NCBI GenBank assembly: GCA_026391915.1 | Contig: JAPLCZ010000257.1 | Location: forward strand, 5,691 to 69,690 | DNA: 64,000 nucleotides | Direction: 5' to 3' | Origin: Bacteroidota bacterium | Lineage (GTDB): Bacteria; Bacteroidota; Bacteroidia; CAILMK01 | Shown here: positions 8,980-18,312 of the stretch, piece by piece | Numbering within the stretch: the first letter of the stretch is position 1 | Layout: the number at the start of each line of letters is the position of its first letter | The notes under the pieces: model-generated | What the model saw: the letters and a program-made list of their open reading frames with translations, nothing else | What the model was told of the DNA's origin: nothing | The model's database searches: none | Position numbers and translations under genes: made by a program

Positions 8980-10575
8980 TTACTCAACCACCAATTTACT
9001 AACGACCCTCACCTTCTCATTTTGTACTAAGATAAAATACATACCATCTGGCAATGCAGAAACATCTATTTCTTTAATGAGTCTGCCTTCTGAGTTTGGG
9101 GTTTGGTTGAGTTGTATAAGTTGTTTGCCTAGTATATCTGAAATAGTAATACTGGTGTTGGTTTGCGGTAGATTATTTACTTCTAAAGTTATGGTGGAGG
9201 TTGTAGGGTTGGGGTAAAAAATAAAATTAGAAAAAGTTTTGGATTCTTGTACGGCAGTGGTTGAATCTCCTAAATAAGCAATATAAACATTCTTATTTGC
9301 TGGAAAATTGGTGGTATCTGTAGAATCACGAATTGAACCACCAAAAACATATATGCCATTGCCTAATGAAACTGAGCAATTACTTATACTACCTTGACCA
9401 ACTCCTTTTTTAGAAATAATATTACCTTGATTATTTAAATTTAAAAGGCAGATATAATGATTGCCGAATGTTGCAAAATCAGAATCTTTGCTGTAAACCA
9501 AACAAGAAACAATATAACCACTATCATCATCTAATTCTACAGAAATGGCATAATCACTATGTGTACTACCATAAGATTTAACCCACTCCTTTTTTCCATA
9601 TCTATCTACCTTTACAATAAAGGCATCTGTATAACCTAAATTATTCTTTAAATCTCCATCATTGGAAAGAGTATATCCAACGGCGATGTAACCCTTGTCT
9701 TTGGTAATTTTCACATCTGTGAAGACATCCTCGCCAGCCCCACCATAGGCATAACCCCAAAGTTTATTTCCGTTTTTATCCAGTCTAATAAGCCATCCAT
9801 CCCCACCCCAATGAACATTTTTTACCACACTATCATACTGAGACGACCCGTTTGCACAAACTATAAATCCTGAATCCTGAGTAACTAATATCTTTTCCGC
9901 ATATTCATAAGTACTAGTACCATAAGTTTTTTGCCAAAGCATTTCGCCAATTTTATTTAATTTAATAATCCAGATATCAGCACTTATATAATGATATTTC
10001 ACATCACCACTATCTGATTTTGTATATCCGGCGAGAACTATTCCACTATCTGGTGTTATTGCAACAGCATAAGGTTCATCTTCTTGATAACCCCCGTAAG
10101 TTTTCTGCCAAATAATACTTCCATTTCTATCTAACCTGAGAATCCAAAAATCAGCACTACCTAGATGACGCGTTATATCACCATCACCCGAATAAGAACT
10201 CCCCACAACTATATAACCACTATCTTTGTATAATATTATAGAAGTAATGTATTCTTGATTGCTTCCTCCATAGGTTTTCTGCCACTCCATTTTCCCCTGA
10301 TTATCTAATTTAATAAGCCAATAATCCCCATGATAATAGTCATCGCTTCCAGTGTCATGAGAGTAAGAAATATCCTTATCATTTGAGTAGGTTACGCAGC
10401 CAGCTAATATGCCACCATCTGGGGTAGCAATAATGCTTTGCACATAATCATCTTTAGAGCCTCCAAACTGTTTCTCCCAGATTACCTTTTTATTGTCAAT
10501 TGCACCATATCCATTGCTTACAAGACCAGCCATAATCATAAATAAACATAAAATTGGTTTTAGTCCGCTAACCAT
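8980..10575 (-). CDS. SBBP (beta-propeller) repeat protein with T9SS C-terminal sorting domain
   Basis: Signal peptide from the internal Met (MVSGLKPILCLFMIMAGLVSNGYG). At least 7 repeats of the WQKTYGGSxxDxxxSIxxTxDGGYIxxGxTxSxDGD type. C-terminal FIFYPNPTTSTITLEV...GMYFILVQ Por tail. The longer ORF-track start at 10641 would overlap the upstream gene. Confidence 0.65.
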   Translation of the reverse strand: MVSGLKPILCLFMIMAGLVSNGYGAIDNKKVIWEKQFGGSKDDYVQSIIATPDGGILAGCVTYSNDKDISYSHDTGSDDYYHGDYWLIKLDNQGKMEWQKTYGGSNQEYITSIILYKDSGYIVVGSSYSGDGDITRHLGSADFWILRLDRNGSIIWQKTYGGYQEDEPYAVAITPDSGIVLAGYTKSDSGDVKYHYISADIWIIKLNKIGEMLWQKTYGTSTYEYAEKILVTQDSGFIVCANGSSQYDSVVKNVHWGGDGWLIRLDKNGNKLWGYAYGGAGEDVFTDVKITKDKGYIAVGYTLSNDGDLKNNLGYTDAFIVKVDRYGKKEWVKSYGSTHSDYAISVELDDDSGYIVSCLVYSKDSDFATFGNHYICLLNLNNQGNIISKKGVGQGSISNCSVSLGNGIYVFGGSIRDSTDTTNFPANKNVYIAYLGDSTTAVQESKTFSNFIFYPNPTTSTITLEVNNLPQTNTSITISDILGKQLIQLNQTPNSEGRLIKEIDVSALPDGMYFILVQNEKVRVVSKLVVE

Positions 10576-10579
10576 GTTG

Positions 10580-11281
10580 TTATTTACATGGTGGTGACAG
10601 GATAGGATATGGTTCATTTGACCAAGGAAAATTAGTCTCACCCTTTTTTACAGTATATTGGCTTGGACAAATGATATTAAAACTACATCCCTTTTTCATG
10701 TAATTAGCTGAACAGGTAAATTTACCATCATTAGTAAAACCCTGTTTGACATAAAAAGAAATTTCTTCTCCACATTTTACTTCTATGCAATACTTCCAAC
10801 AATATGGTTCTTTTCTCTTAACAAAAGTTGTATTATCCAATATCAATTCTTTACTGGGGTCTTTTTTTATATACTTTTTTAATGAATCATAGTCATTTAT
10901 ATCCGAACAAATTATTAATTCTTGACTTGGCTCTCCAGACACTCCTCCCCATACCCCTCCTACCTTTTTATATGTTTGTATATTCAATGGGAAATTTTCA
11001 TAAGTGTCATATGTCAAGCAAACCTCAAACCCGACAAAGAATGAACTTTTGCCTGGTTGTATTTCAATATAAATATTGTTAGGTTTCGGGCATCCATTAT
11101 CATCAATTGTCATTTTAGTACCACCATAGTGAGTTATTGAGGTTGGGGCGCAGATTGTATTTATTCCTTGTGGCTCTGGTCTATTTTCCCCACACCCACA
11201 CCCGCAGTCCTCCTCAAAAGTACTTCTCCCATTGAATATATCATTAATCCTTGGGGTGTTTATGATATTAATCTTTCCCAT
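10580..11281 (-). CDS. Hypothetical Cys-rich protein (18 Cys, CGCGCG motif, no signal peptide)
   Basis: 233-aa ORF, 4 nt upstream of the SBBP gene and 5 nt downstream of the preceding ORF. No family recognised by eye. Confidence 0.5.
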   Translation of the reverse strand: MGKINIINTPRINDIFNGRSTFEEDCGCGCGENRPEPQGINTICAPTSITHYGGTKMTIDDNGCPKPNNIYIEIQPGKSSFFVGFEVCLTYDTYENFPLNIQTYKKVGGVWGGVSGEPSQELIICSDINDYDSLKKYIKKDPSKELILDNTTFVKRKEPYCWKYCIEVKCGEEISFYVKQGFTNDGKFTCSANYMKKGCSFNIICPSQYTVKKGETNFPWSNEPYPILSPPCK

Positions 11282-11286
11282 AATGC

Positions 11287-11997
11287 TTATGATTTATACA
11301 ACCTTGGTATCCACCTAAACATTACTTTGCCAGCACCAACAGTTATAGCACCAGCTAAGGCAGATATAATATCCAATCCCACTTGTGCGCTTGAAATAGT
11401 GGTATTTGGGCTTTCATCAAGTAGGCTTCTGCCACTTTGATACCCTAATAAAGCACCCTCCATAGCACAGGCTACCCATGTTTGTATGTTCATTCTGTTG
11501 TAAGCTGGATTACCGGGAGCAGGGTTGGTGATGTCGTTAAAAAAATTAGCCCAAGGTGCTACATTGTTATTTACCTCTTGAAACCAATATGTTACTGCTG
11601 CTTTGCCAATGGCGGTGGCTATAAATAGAGGTTTTTGCTGCTCAAGGCTTAAGCCTGATTTAGTGATATTATCTTCAACATCACCAATAAAATCTAATAA
11701 CGAAGCTACAGGTATTTGCAAAATACCCCTTAGCAAAGTTTCTGTTAAAGCATTTCCTGTGTATAATTCTGAATTAACATAGCCGTTAATAGAATTAGAT
11801 ATTACAGATTTTAATTCAATATCTGTAAGAGTAGTAGTTCCTGGTAGATAAAGAGGTTGCACATCAGCGTAAACCTGATTTATCAAATCCTGAATTGTAG
11901 TTGCAGGTGGCGGCGGAACGCCTAGTGCAACATTGCCCATTCCTGTCGCCCATTGTGTGCCAATGGATGTGTAAATGTTGATTGTTACTTGTGACAT
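11287..11997 (-). CDS. Hypothetical protein with glycine-zipper-like C-terminal hydrophobic segment
   Basis: 236 aa. The C-terminus VGLDIISALAGAITVGAGKVMF resembles small-xxx-small membrane-insertion motifs. No signal peptide. Confidence 0.5.
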   Translation of the reverse strand: MSQVTINIYTSIGTQWATGMGNVALGVPPPPATTIQDLINQVYADVQPLYLPGTTTLTDIELKSVISNSINGYVNSELYTGNALTETLLRGILQIPVASLLDFIGDVEDNITKSGLSLEQQKPLFIATAIGKAAVTYWFQEVNNNVAPWANFFNDITNPAPGNPAYNRMNIQTWVACAMEGALLGYQSGRSLLDESPNTTISSAQVGLDIISALAGAITVGAGKVMFRWIPRLYKS

Positions 11998-12044
11998 TTT
12001 TTTGTTTTTTGTTAGTGGATTATTTTAAAATTTAGTTTTTATTT

Positions 12045-12746
12045 TTATGGCACAGGCACAGTAATAATATCACTCCATTGCCCTACTTGCACGCCGTTTT
12101 TGCGGTAGATGCCGCGTATCCTCCAATTGGTGGGGATGGGTACTGTATTTACGTTTACGTTATCAAGATAATCAGGGTCTGGGTCTACCACTACTGTGGC
12201 AAAAGTGCCACTGCCTCTATCTATTTGCAGCTCCATGCCTTCTGCAGGGTGGCCTTCCCATCCCCAAAGGATATTATAAAAATCGCCTAAGCGCTGTGCT
12301 ACAAGGTGGGGTTTCCAAGTGGCAGGGTCATCAGGGCTGCCTTGCTCTATACCTATCAGGCGTAGGTCATTGCCATCAGTAGTGTTAAAATCAAGATGGG
12401 TTTTTATGCGGTTGCCAATGTAGGCGGCAAAAGTAAATACATCAAAAATAAGGTCAGCCGGAGGGGCGGCAAGCACGGGTTGGCTTGGGAAAGCCGTAGG
12501 CAAACCTGTGCCGGGGGTGGCTTTGATAACCGTGTTTTTAAAGGAGGTAACAGTGGTGTTGAAGGTGCGGATGGAGTTAAGCACGCTAAGGCAATAAGAG
12601 AAAATTGCTTTGCCTTTGGTGAGTTTGAGGATGTCCGCATCACTAATGCCATACTTAACTTTATAAGTAGGTAGCTTAAGGAGGAAATTGTCCAGACAGA
12701 TGTCTCTTAAGTTATCTGGGCGTGGGATGTAGAAGAGGTGTTTCAT
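12045..12746 (-). CDS. Hypothetical protein, first gene of the 4-gene operon
   Basis: 233 aa with no recognisable motifs and a beta-rich C-terminus. Preceded by a repeat-dense promoter region. Confidence 0.5.
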   Translation of the reverse strand: MKHLFYIPRPDNLRDICLDNFLLKLPTYKVKYGISDADILKLTKGKAIFSYCLSVLNSIRTFNTTVTSFKNTVIKATPGTGLPTAFPSQPVLAAPPADLIFDVFTFAAYIGNRIKTHLDFNTTDGNDLRLIGIEQGSPDDPATWKPHLVAQRLGDFYNILWGWEGHPAEGMELQIDRGSGTFATVVVDPDPDYLDNVNVNTVPIPTNWRIRGIYRKNGVQVGQWSDIITVPVP

Positions 12747-12850
12747 GTTTTTGTGTTTTAGTTTGGGGTTTATGTTTTATTAATTTGTTTGCATGAGGTA
12801 AGCATTTGCCATAAAGTGGTTTGGTAACGGGAAAATGTGCTGCCGTAAGA

Positions 12851-13043
12851 CTCTTGCAAGGGCATGTTTGCCGGCAACATGGGCATGTAAGCCTCTTGCA
12901 AGGGCTTGTAGGCCGTTACGCGGGCATATTTGGGAGAAATGTGGGCTTGTAATGCTCTTACAAGGGCTTGTAAGACTCTTACGGGAGCTTGTAAAAGGGC
13001 TACCGGAGGCAGTATGGCTTGTAGGCTTGTAGGCTTGTAGGCT
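12851..13043. repeat. Array of four CTCTT(G/A)CAAGGGC(A/T)TGTA-type motifs followed by (GGCTTGTA)x3.5 tandem octamer
   Basis: Motif copies at 12851, 12893, 12955 and 12975. Tandem octamer at 13015-13043. Located in the divergent intergenic region between the hypothetical operon (-) and the sensor kinase (+). Confidence 0.6.
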
Positions 13044-13231
13044 TCATAATTTTTAGCGGCTTCAAATGTATAAAATAATTTTTAAAGATTGGTACCACCT
13101 ACCCCACTTTTTTTTGCGGTAAAATTTTTGTAAAAATATTATATATGGTATAGGCATAAGGTAGGGGGTTGCGAGTTTAATTCGTGAATTAAAAATCAAA
13201 GGAAAAACTATTTTTATTCCACCCCCTACAC

Positions 13232-13247
13232 CCCCGCAAGCGGGGGA
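13232..13247. other. Perfect hairpin CCCCCGC-aa-GCGGGGG, flanked by longer-range inverted repeat GGTAGGGGGT...ACCCCCTACACC
   Basis: Read directly from the sequence at 13160-13250. Confidence 0.5.
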
Positions 13248-13332
13248 CATCACCCTGCTTAAAGTATTTCTAAAATGAATAGCATCCAACTTTAAACCTT
13301 AAACTTTAAACTGTTTTTCTGACCCCTGATAA

Positions 13333-13355
13333 CTGACCACTGACCACTGACCACT
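13333..13355. repeat. Tandem heptamer (CTGACCA)x3
   Basis: ctgaccactgaccactgaccact, about 30 bp upstream of the kinase ORF start. Confidence 0.7.
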
Positions 13356-13385
13356 AATTTCGCTGCTATAATATCCCATAGGTTT

Positions 13386-16300
13386 TTGAAGTTCCCCTCC
13401 TTACATAACAAACAGTTTTTATTTATTGGCATTGCACTAATTTTTATTGCATTGGCAGGGGATACTATTCTCAATGGCTTGGTGGAGAAAATCTATACCC
13501 GCTATGAGGTTTTTATTGCCAGAACTTCTCTGGAGAAAAAGCTAAAATCCGGTGCTGATTTATTGCAGCAAGCCAATGCCAAAGGGTTGGAAAACCTGAT
13601 GCATGAATCAGAATATTTCTACAAAACGGCAATTGAGGCTGGGGTTTATTTTTATGCGTATAGCGCCAACAGGGTTTTGTTTTGGACTGATAATTCTGTG
13701 TTCCCCAAAGAGGTTTTGGGGAACCAAAACGCTACCCTCACCCAATTGGATAATGGGTATTATGTGCAGCGGGAATTGCAGGGCAGGGATGCCATTTATG
13801 TAATCCTTATCCCCGTAAAATTCAGTTTTGATTTTGAAAATCAATACCTCTCCAACAGCTTTCAACTGGCACAATCTCGCATCATCAATTTTGATGTAAG
13901 CCCCATAAAAGATGCAGATGGCTATGAATTCAAAAATGAAAAAGATGATTTCCTTTTTAGCATAAAACCAATATTGCCTATCAAAAAAATAAAGCTCTGG
14001 AGTTGGATTTTCTTGATAGGATTTTTGATGTGTTTGGTATTTGTAAACCAAATTATTTTGGGTTTGCTGAGGAACAAAAACCAATGGCAAGGGGTAGGGG
14101 CTTTTGCTTTAACAATTATGGTTATTGTTGTTTTCTGGAAATGGATTCGCCTACCTGAATCGCTTTTTAGCAGGCAACTTTTCAACCCTCAATTATATGC
14201 AAGCAGCAATCTTTTGAGGTCATTGGGAGACCTCCTAATTTTTACTCTTTTGCTGGGGTGGGGAGTCTGGATTCTTACCAAAATAAAATCTCCTTCTCAG
14301 AAAAATCAAAGAACAATTAATGTAACCACGGGTTTAAGTTTCGCTTTGGTTTTTACCCTTAGTAGTTATATACAAGGCATCATCCGTGGGTTGGTGTTTG
14401 ATTCCAGTATTTCATTTGATTTGGGTAATGTTTTCGGGCTTAATTACTACAGCTTTTGCGGGTTGTTTATCATTGGCATTTTGTTGCTTTCGCTGGCAAT
14501 CATCATCATCAACGCTACAAGATATGTGATAGAAAATAACATCCCGGCATCACGCCAAATACTGATTGGGTTTGTGGCTGGGTTGGCTTCTGTGGTGGTG
14601 CTATACCCAACAGGGCATTTCCTCTATGCTTCCTTTCTTTTCAGCCCTTTTTTGTATCTTTTAATTTATTATTTGCAGCAGAAGGATGTGCAATTAACTG
14701 ACCTGCGCCCTGCTGGCTACATCAGTATTTTTTATGCTGTTTACACCTCAGTTTTATTGCTCTATTATAATGGGCAAAAACTCAAAGAGCATCAAAAAAT
14801 TCTTGCCTCAGAATTGATTTCGGAGAGAGACCTTGCTGCCGAATTTTTATTTGGTGATGTGTATGAGAACATCCGCAATGATGGCTACGCAAAATCCTTT
14901 TTTTATACAGCACTAATCTCACAGGCTTCCCTCTCAAAAAGGATAGAGCAACTTTATTTTTCTGGCTACCTAAGTAAGTATGATGTGGAGATTTTTACTT
15001 TCTCATTCACAGGTATGCCATTCAAAGGAAACCCTGATAAACCCCTTGATTTTTTCAGTGGGTTTATGAGTACTGAGTCCTCTACACGGGCAAGGGGCAA
15101 CTACCTCTTTTTTGTGAATACCTATTCGGGTTTGCCCACCTATATTTCAAAGATTGATATCACCCATAAGGGCAGAAATCTGGGCTCATTGGTTCTGCTT
15201 TTTCACCAAAAAGCATTCTATGAAGAAAGCGTATATCCTGAGCTTTTCCTCTCTGATAAAATCCGCCGCTACAATAAACTGGATGAGTATTCTTACGCCA
15301 TTTACAACGAAACAAAACTGGTAACACAGAAGGGCGAATATGCGTATCCTACCTTTTTAAAAGCGCCTTTTGTATCCCAAAATCAAATGCATTCTGCCAA
15401 CCTTGATGGCTTTGTTCACCACGTTTACCACACCGCACCCGGGCAGGTAATTGTAATTAGTGATAAAGAAAAAGGAGTGCTGTATTACTCCGCCAATTTC
15501 TCTTTTATCCTTATCTTTTTTGGGCTCTTTGCTTTGGTAATTATTTCAATGAATATTCTTTTGCGTAATTACATTTTGTACTTTAGGCTAAGGAAAAGTT
15601 TGCAGGATTTACTGGAGAAAATTCAATGGAAAAACATCACCTTCCGCACAAGAATTTTGAGTACTATTACCATCTCCATGACTTTGGCTTTGCTGGTGGT
15701 TGGGTTCACTACTATTAAATACATAAGCTATAGATATAATAATGATGAGTTGATTCGCCTCAACAAAAAGGCGCGTTCTATTGTTGCAAATCTTGAGGGT
15801 ATTATGAAAAATAATGAGCCCTTTCATTTTATGAGTGACGATGAAAAAACAGCCATCATAAAAAACCTTTCCGGCAGTTACCAAACGGATATAAATCTGT
15901 TTGATACCAAAGGGAATTTGATGGCGACTTCCCAGCCTCTCATCTATGATAAAAAAATTCTGCAACCCAAGATGAATGCCTCGGCAAGGATTGCATTGAG
16001 GGCAGGGTTGCAATCCAGAGTAATGCAGGAGGAGAATATTGGGAAGCTTAATTACCTCTCTACCTACCTGCCTGTGCACAATGGCAATAACCAAATAGAG
16101 GCCTATCTCAACCTCCCATTTTTTACCCGTGAGAAACAATTGAATGACGATATCTCTTCTTTTTTGGTGGCGTTGGTAAACATTTATATGTTCATGTTTG
16201 TGGCGTTTCTTGCCATCAGCGTGTTGATTGCAAACACGCTTACAGCGCCCCTGAATATCATCCGCAAACACCTTAGCACAACACGACTTAATTCTGCCAA

Positions 16301-17081
16301 CGAATTGATTAGTTGGGATAATAATGATGAGATTGGGAAGTTGATTCATGAGTATAATTCTATGATTATTGAGTTGGAGGAAAGCGTGCAAAGGTTATCA
16401 GAATCTGAGAGGGAAGGGGCATGGAAGGAGATGGCAAAACAGGTAGCGCATGAGATTAAAAATCCACTCACACCTATGAAGCTAAATGTGCAACAACTGC
16501 AACTTGCCTGGAAAGAAAAAGACCCCCGATTGGATGCTATGTTTGATAAGGTAACCAACCTTATCATTCGCCAAATTGAAAGCTTGTCACAGATTGCAAC
16601 GGAGTTCAGCAACTTCGCAAAAATGCCTCATGACCTCCCTGAAAAAGTGGAATTGAATTCAGCAATTCAGCAAGCAGCGGAATTGTTTTTTAATCAAAAT
16701 GAAGCAGAGATTATTCTGCAACTTTCTCAAAACCCCATCTACATTTGGATTGACCCAAATCAGTTTTCTAGGGTGATGAACAACCTTATTAAGAACGCCA
16801 TTCAGGCTATCCCCGAAAACAAAAAAGGAGAAATTGTGATAAGTTGTTTTGTAGAAAATGATAAGGCATTTATCAAAATAAAAGACAACGGCACCGGCAT
16901 CGCAGATTCCTTAAAAGAGAAAATCTTCATCCCAAATTTCAGCACCAAAACTTCAGGCATGGGGCTTGGTTTGGCAATTATAAAGAACATAATCACGGCA
17001 GCCAAGGGGCAAATTTACTTTGAAACAGAGCCGGAGGTTGGGACAGAGTTTACTATTCTATTCCCTGTTGTAAACTCGTAA
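13386..17081 (+). CDS. Large multi-pass membrane sensor histidine kinase (two extracytoplasmic sensor regions, HisKA plus HATPase_c, no receiver domain)
   Basis: H-box HEIKNPLTPM. N-box NLIKNAIQAI. G-boxes DNGTGI and GMGLGLAIIK. About 10 TM segments. 1231 aa. Confidence 0.8.
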   Translation: MKFPSLHNKQFLFIGIALIFIALAGDTILNGLVEKIYTRYEVFIARTSLEKKLKSGADLLQQANAKGLENLMHESEYFYKTAIEAGVYFYAYSANRVLFWTDNSVFPKEVLGNQNATLTQLDNGYYVQRELQGRDAIYVILIPVKFSFDFENQYLSNSFQLAQSRIINFDVSPIKDADGYEFKNEKDDFLFSIKPILPIKKIKLWSWIFLIGFLMCLVFVNQIILGLLRNKNQWQGVGAFALTIMVIVVFWKWIRLPESLFSRQLFNPQLYASSNLLRSLGDLLIFTLLLGWGVWILTKIKSPSQKNQRTINVTTGLSFALVFTLSSYIQGIIRGLVFDSSISFDLGNVFGLNYYSFCGLFIIGILLLSLAIIIINATRYVIENNIPASRQILIGFVAGLASVVVLYPTGHFLYASFLFSPFLYLLIYYLQQKDVQLTDLRPAGYISIFYAVYTSVLLLYYNGQKLKEHQKILASELISERDLAAEFLFGDVYENIRNDGYAKSFFYTALISQASLSKRIEQLYFSGYLSKYDVEIFTFSFTGMPFKGNPDKPLDFFSGFMSTESSTRARGNYLFFVNTYSGLPTYISKIDITHKGRNLGSLVLLFHQKAFYEESVYPELFLSDKIRRYNKLDEYSYAIYNETKLVTQKGEYAYPTFLKAPFVSQNQMHSANLDGFVHHVYHTAPGQVIVISDKEKGVLYYSANFSFILIFFGLFALVIISMNILLRNYILYFRLRKSLQDLLEKIQWKNITFRTRILSTITISMTLALLVVGFTTIKYISYRYNNDELIRLNKKARSIVANLEGIMKNNEPFHFMSDDEKTAIIKNLSGSYQTDINLFDTKGNLMATSQPLIYDKKILQPKMNASARIALRAGLQSRVMQEENIGKLNYLSTYLPVHNGNNQIEAYLNLPFFTREKQLNDDISSFLVALVNIYMFMFVAFLAISVLIANTLTAPLNIIRKHLSTTRLNSANELISWDNNDEIGKLIHEYNSMIIELEESVQRLSESEREGAWKEMAKQVAHEIKNPLTPMKLNVQQLQLAWKEKDPRLDAMFDKVTNLIIRQIESLSQIATEFSNFAKMPHDLPEKVELNSAIQQAAELFFNQNEAEIILQLSQNPIYIWIDPNQFSRVMNNLIKNAIQAIPENKKGEIVISCFVENDKAFIKIKDNGTGIADSLKEKIFIPNFSTKTSGMGLGLAIIKNIITAAKGQIYFETEPEVGTEFTILFPVVNS

Positions 17082-17210
17082 ACCCCCTGTTTACACTACC
17101 TCTAAGTAGTTGATTTTTAACTGTGTTTACAATTGCGTTAGTTTACAATACTAAGTTTACAAAAGATAATTGTACGTTTGTTGCCAATGGGGTAAAACAA
17201 AATTTACAAT
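17068..17210. promoter_or_regulatory. Cluster of about 7 GTTTACA(AT) motifs (direct and inverted)
   Basis: GTAAAC-tc-GTAAAC-cccct-GTTTAC forms a hairpin over the kinase stop. Direct copies at 17125, 17141, 17155 and 17202, the last 4 nt before the ATG of the OmpA-like gene. Confidence 0.35.
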
Positions 17211-17213
17211 CTC

Positions 17214-18233
17214 ATGATAAAAAAAATGATTTTTGGGCTATGCCTGTTTACAGTTGTAGCCTGTGTGCCTCAAAAGAAATTTCAGGCGCTAAAAGATGAC
17301 TATGATAAACTCTCTGCAAGGCAGAAGGATTGCAACAAAAAGAGCAATGAGTTGGCAGATTCACTTACCGAAAACCAAAGAAAGTTAAGACTTGAGACCC
17401 GACTCACTCAGGAGTTAGTTCAGGATACTTTGCTGCTTGGTGAGAGTAACCGAAAAGTTCAGAAACTTTATAAGCAGGTAAATGAAGCTTATGATAAACT
17501 CTTGGAGAAAGTGAAGGAGCTCCAAAACCAGAACAATCTAAAAAGTCAGGAGTTGACGGCAGAGTTAATTGAGTCTCAAAAAAAGCTAAAGGAAAGAGAG
17601 GCTGATTTACAAAAGAGAACCGAAGAGGCAAATAAACAAAATCAAAATTTACAGGAGCTAAAAGGCAAACTTACCCAATTGGAAACCGACCTTAATCTTC
17701 GTCAGAAAAAATTGAATGAAGTACAAGGGGTGTTGAACCAAAAAGACTCTATGGTAAAATCTCTGAAGGCTACTATTTCCTCTGCCCTCAATAGCTTCCA
17801 AGACCAAGGCTTATCAGTAAAAGTTAAGAATGGAAAAGTGTATGTATCCATGGAAGAGAAACTGCTTTTTGAATCCGGAAAATATACAATAAACTCAAAC
17901 GGTAAAGAAGCATTGTTGCAATTGGCAAAAGTGCTGAATGATAAAAAAGATGTGAATGTTTTAGTGGAGGGTCATACTGATAGTATCCCGTACAAAGGCA
18001 GCGGTGTTATTAAAGACAACTGGGATTTAAGTGTGCTTAGGGCTACCGAGGTAGTGAAAATTATTATTAATGATGGTAAAGTAAATGGTAACAGAATTAC
18101 CGCAGCAGGTAGGGCAGATAGCCAACCTATCGCACCCAATTCAACCAAAGAAGGCAGAGCTAAAAATCGCCGTACAGAAATTATCCTCACCCCAAAACTC
18201 AATGAGTTATTTAAGGTTTTGGAACAGAACTAA
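17214..18233 (+). CDS. OmpA/MotB-domain lipoprotein with long N-terminal coiled coil
   Basis: Lipobox-like FTVVAC. Coiled-coil region rich in Q, K and E. C-terminal OmpA_C motifs (VEGHTDSIPY, NWDLSVLRA, NRRTEIIL). Confidence 0.8.
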   Translation: MIKKMIFGLCLFTVVACVPQKKFQALKDDYDKLSARQKDCNKKSNELADSLTENQRKLRLETRLTQELVQDTLLLGESNRKVQKLYKQVNEAYDKLLEKVKELQNQNNLKSQELTAELIESQKKLKEREADLQKRTEEANKQNQNLQELKGKLTQLETDLNLRQKKLNEVQGVLNQKDSMVKSLKATISSALNSFQDQGLSVKVKNGKVYVSMEEKLLFESGKYTINSNGKEALLQLAKVLNDKKDVNVLVEGHTDSIPYKGSGVIKDNWDLSVLRATEVVKIIINDGKVNGNRITAAGRADSQPIAPNSTKEGRAKNRRTEIILTPKLNELFKVLEQN

Positions 18234-18312
18234 AACTCAATATATAGCCAATAAAAAAATCCCATTCTGAAATTTCAGAATGGGATTTTTAGTTTATGAG
18301 AAGTTTGAATTT

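Noticed and set aside
8980-10641. Longer 553-aa version of the SBBP gene starting at 10641
   Set aside because: It would overlap the upstream ORF by about 60 nt and puts 22 non-hydrophobic residues before the obvious signal peptide. The internal Met at 10575 gives a canonical signal peptide and a 4-nt intergenic gap.
12835-13032. 65-aa plus-strand ORF (MCCRKTLARACLPATWACKPLARACR...)
   Set aside because: Its periodic amino-acid pattern simply mirrors the underlying DNA repeats (CTCTTGCAAGGGCTTGTA array). It lies in a divergent promoter region.
15609-16391. 260-aa antisense ORF inside the sensor kinase gene
   Set aside because: It is fully contained within a well-supported kinase ORF (HisKA/HATPase motifs) on the opposite strand.
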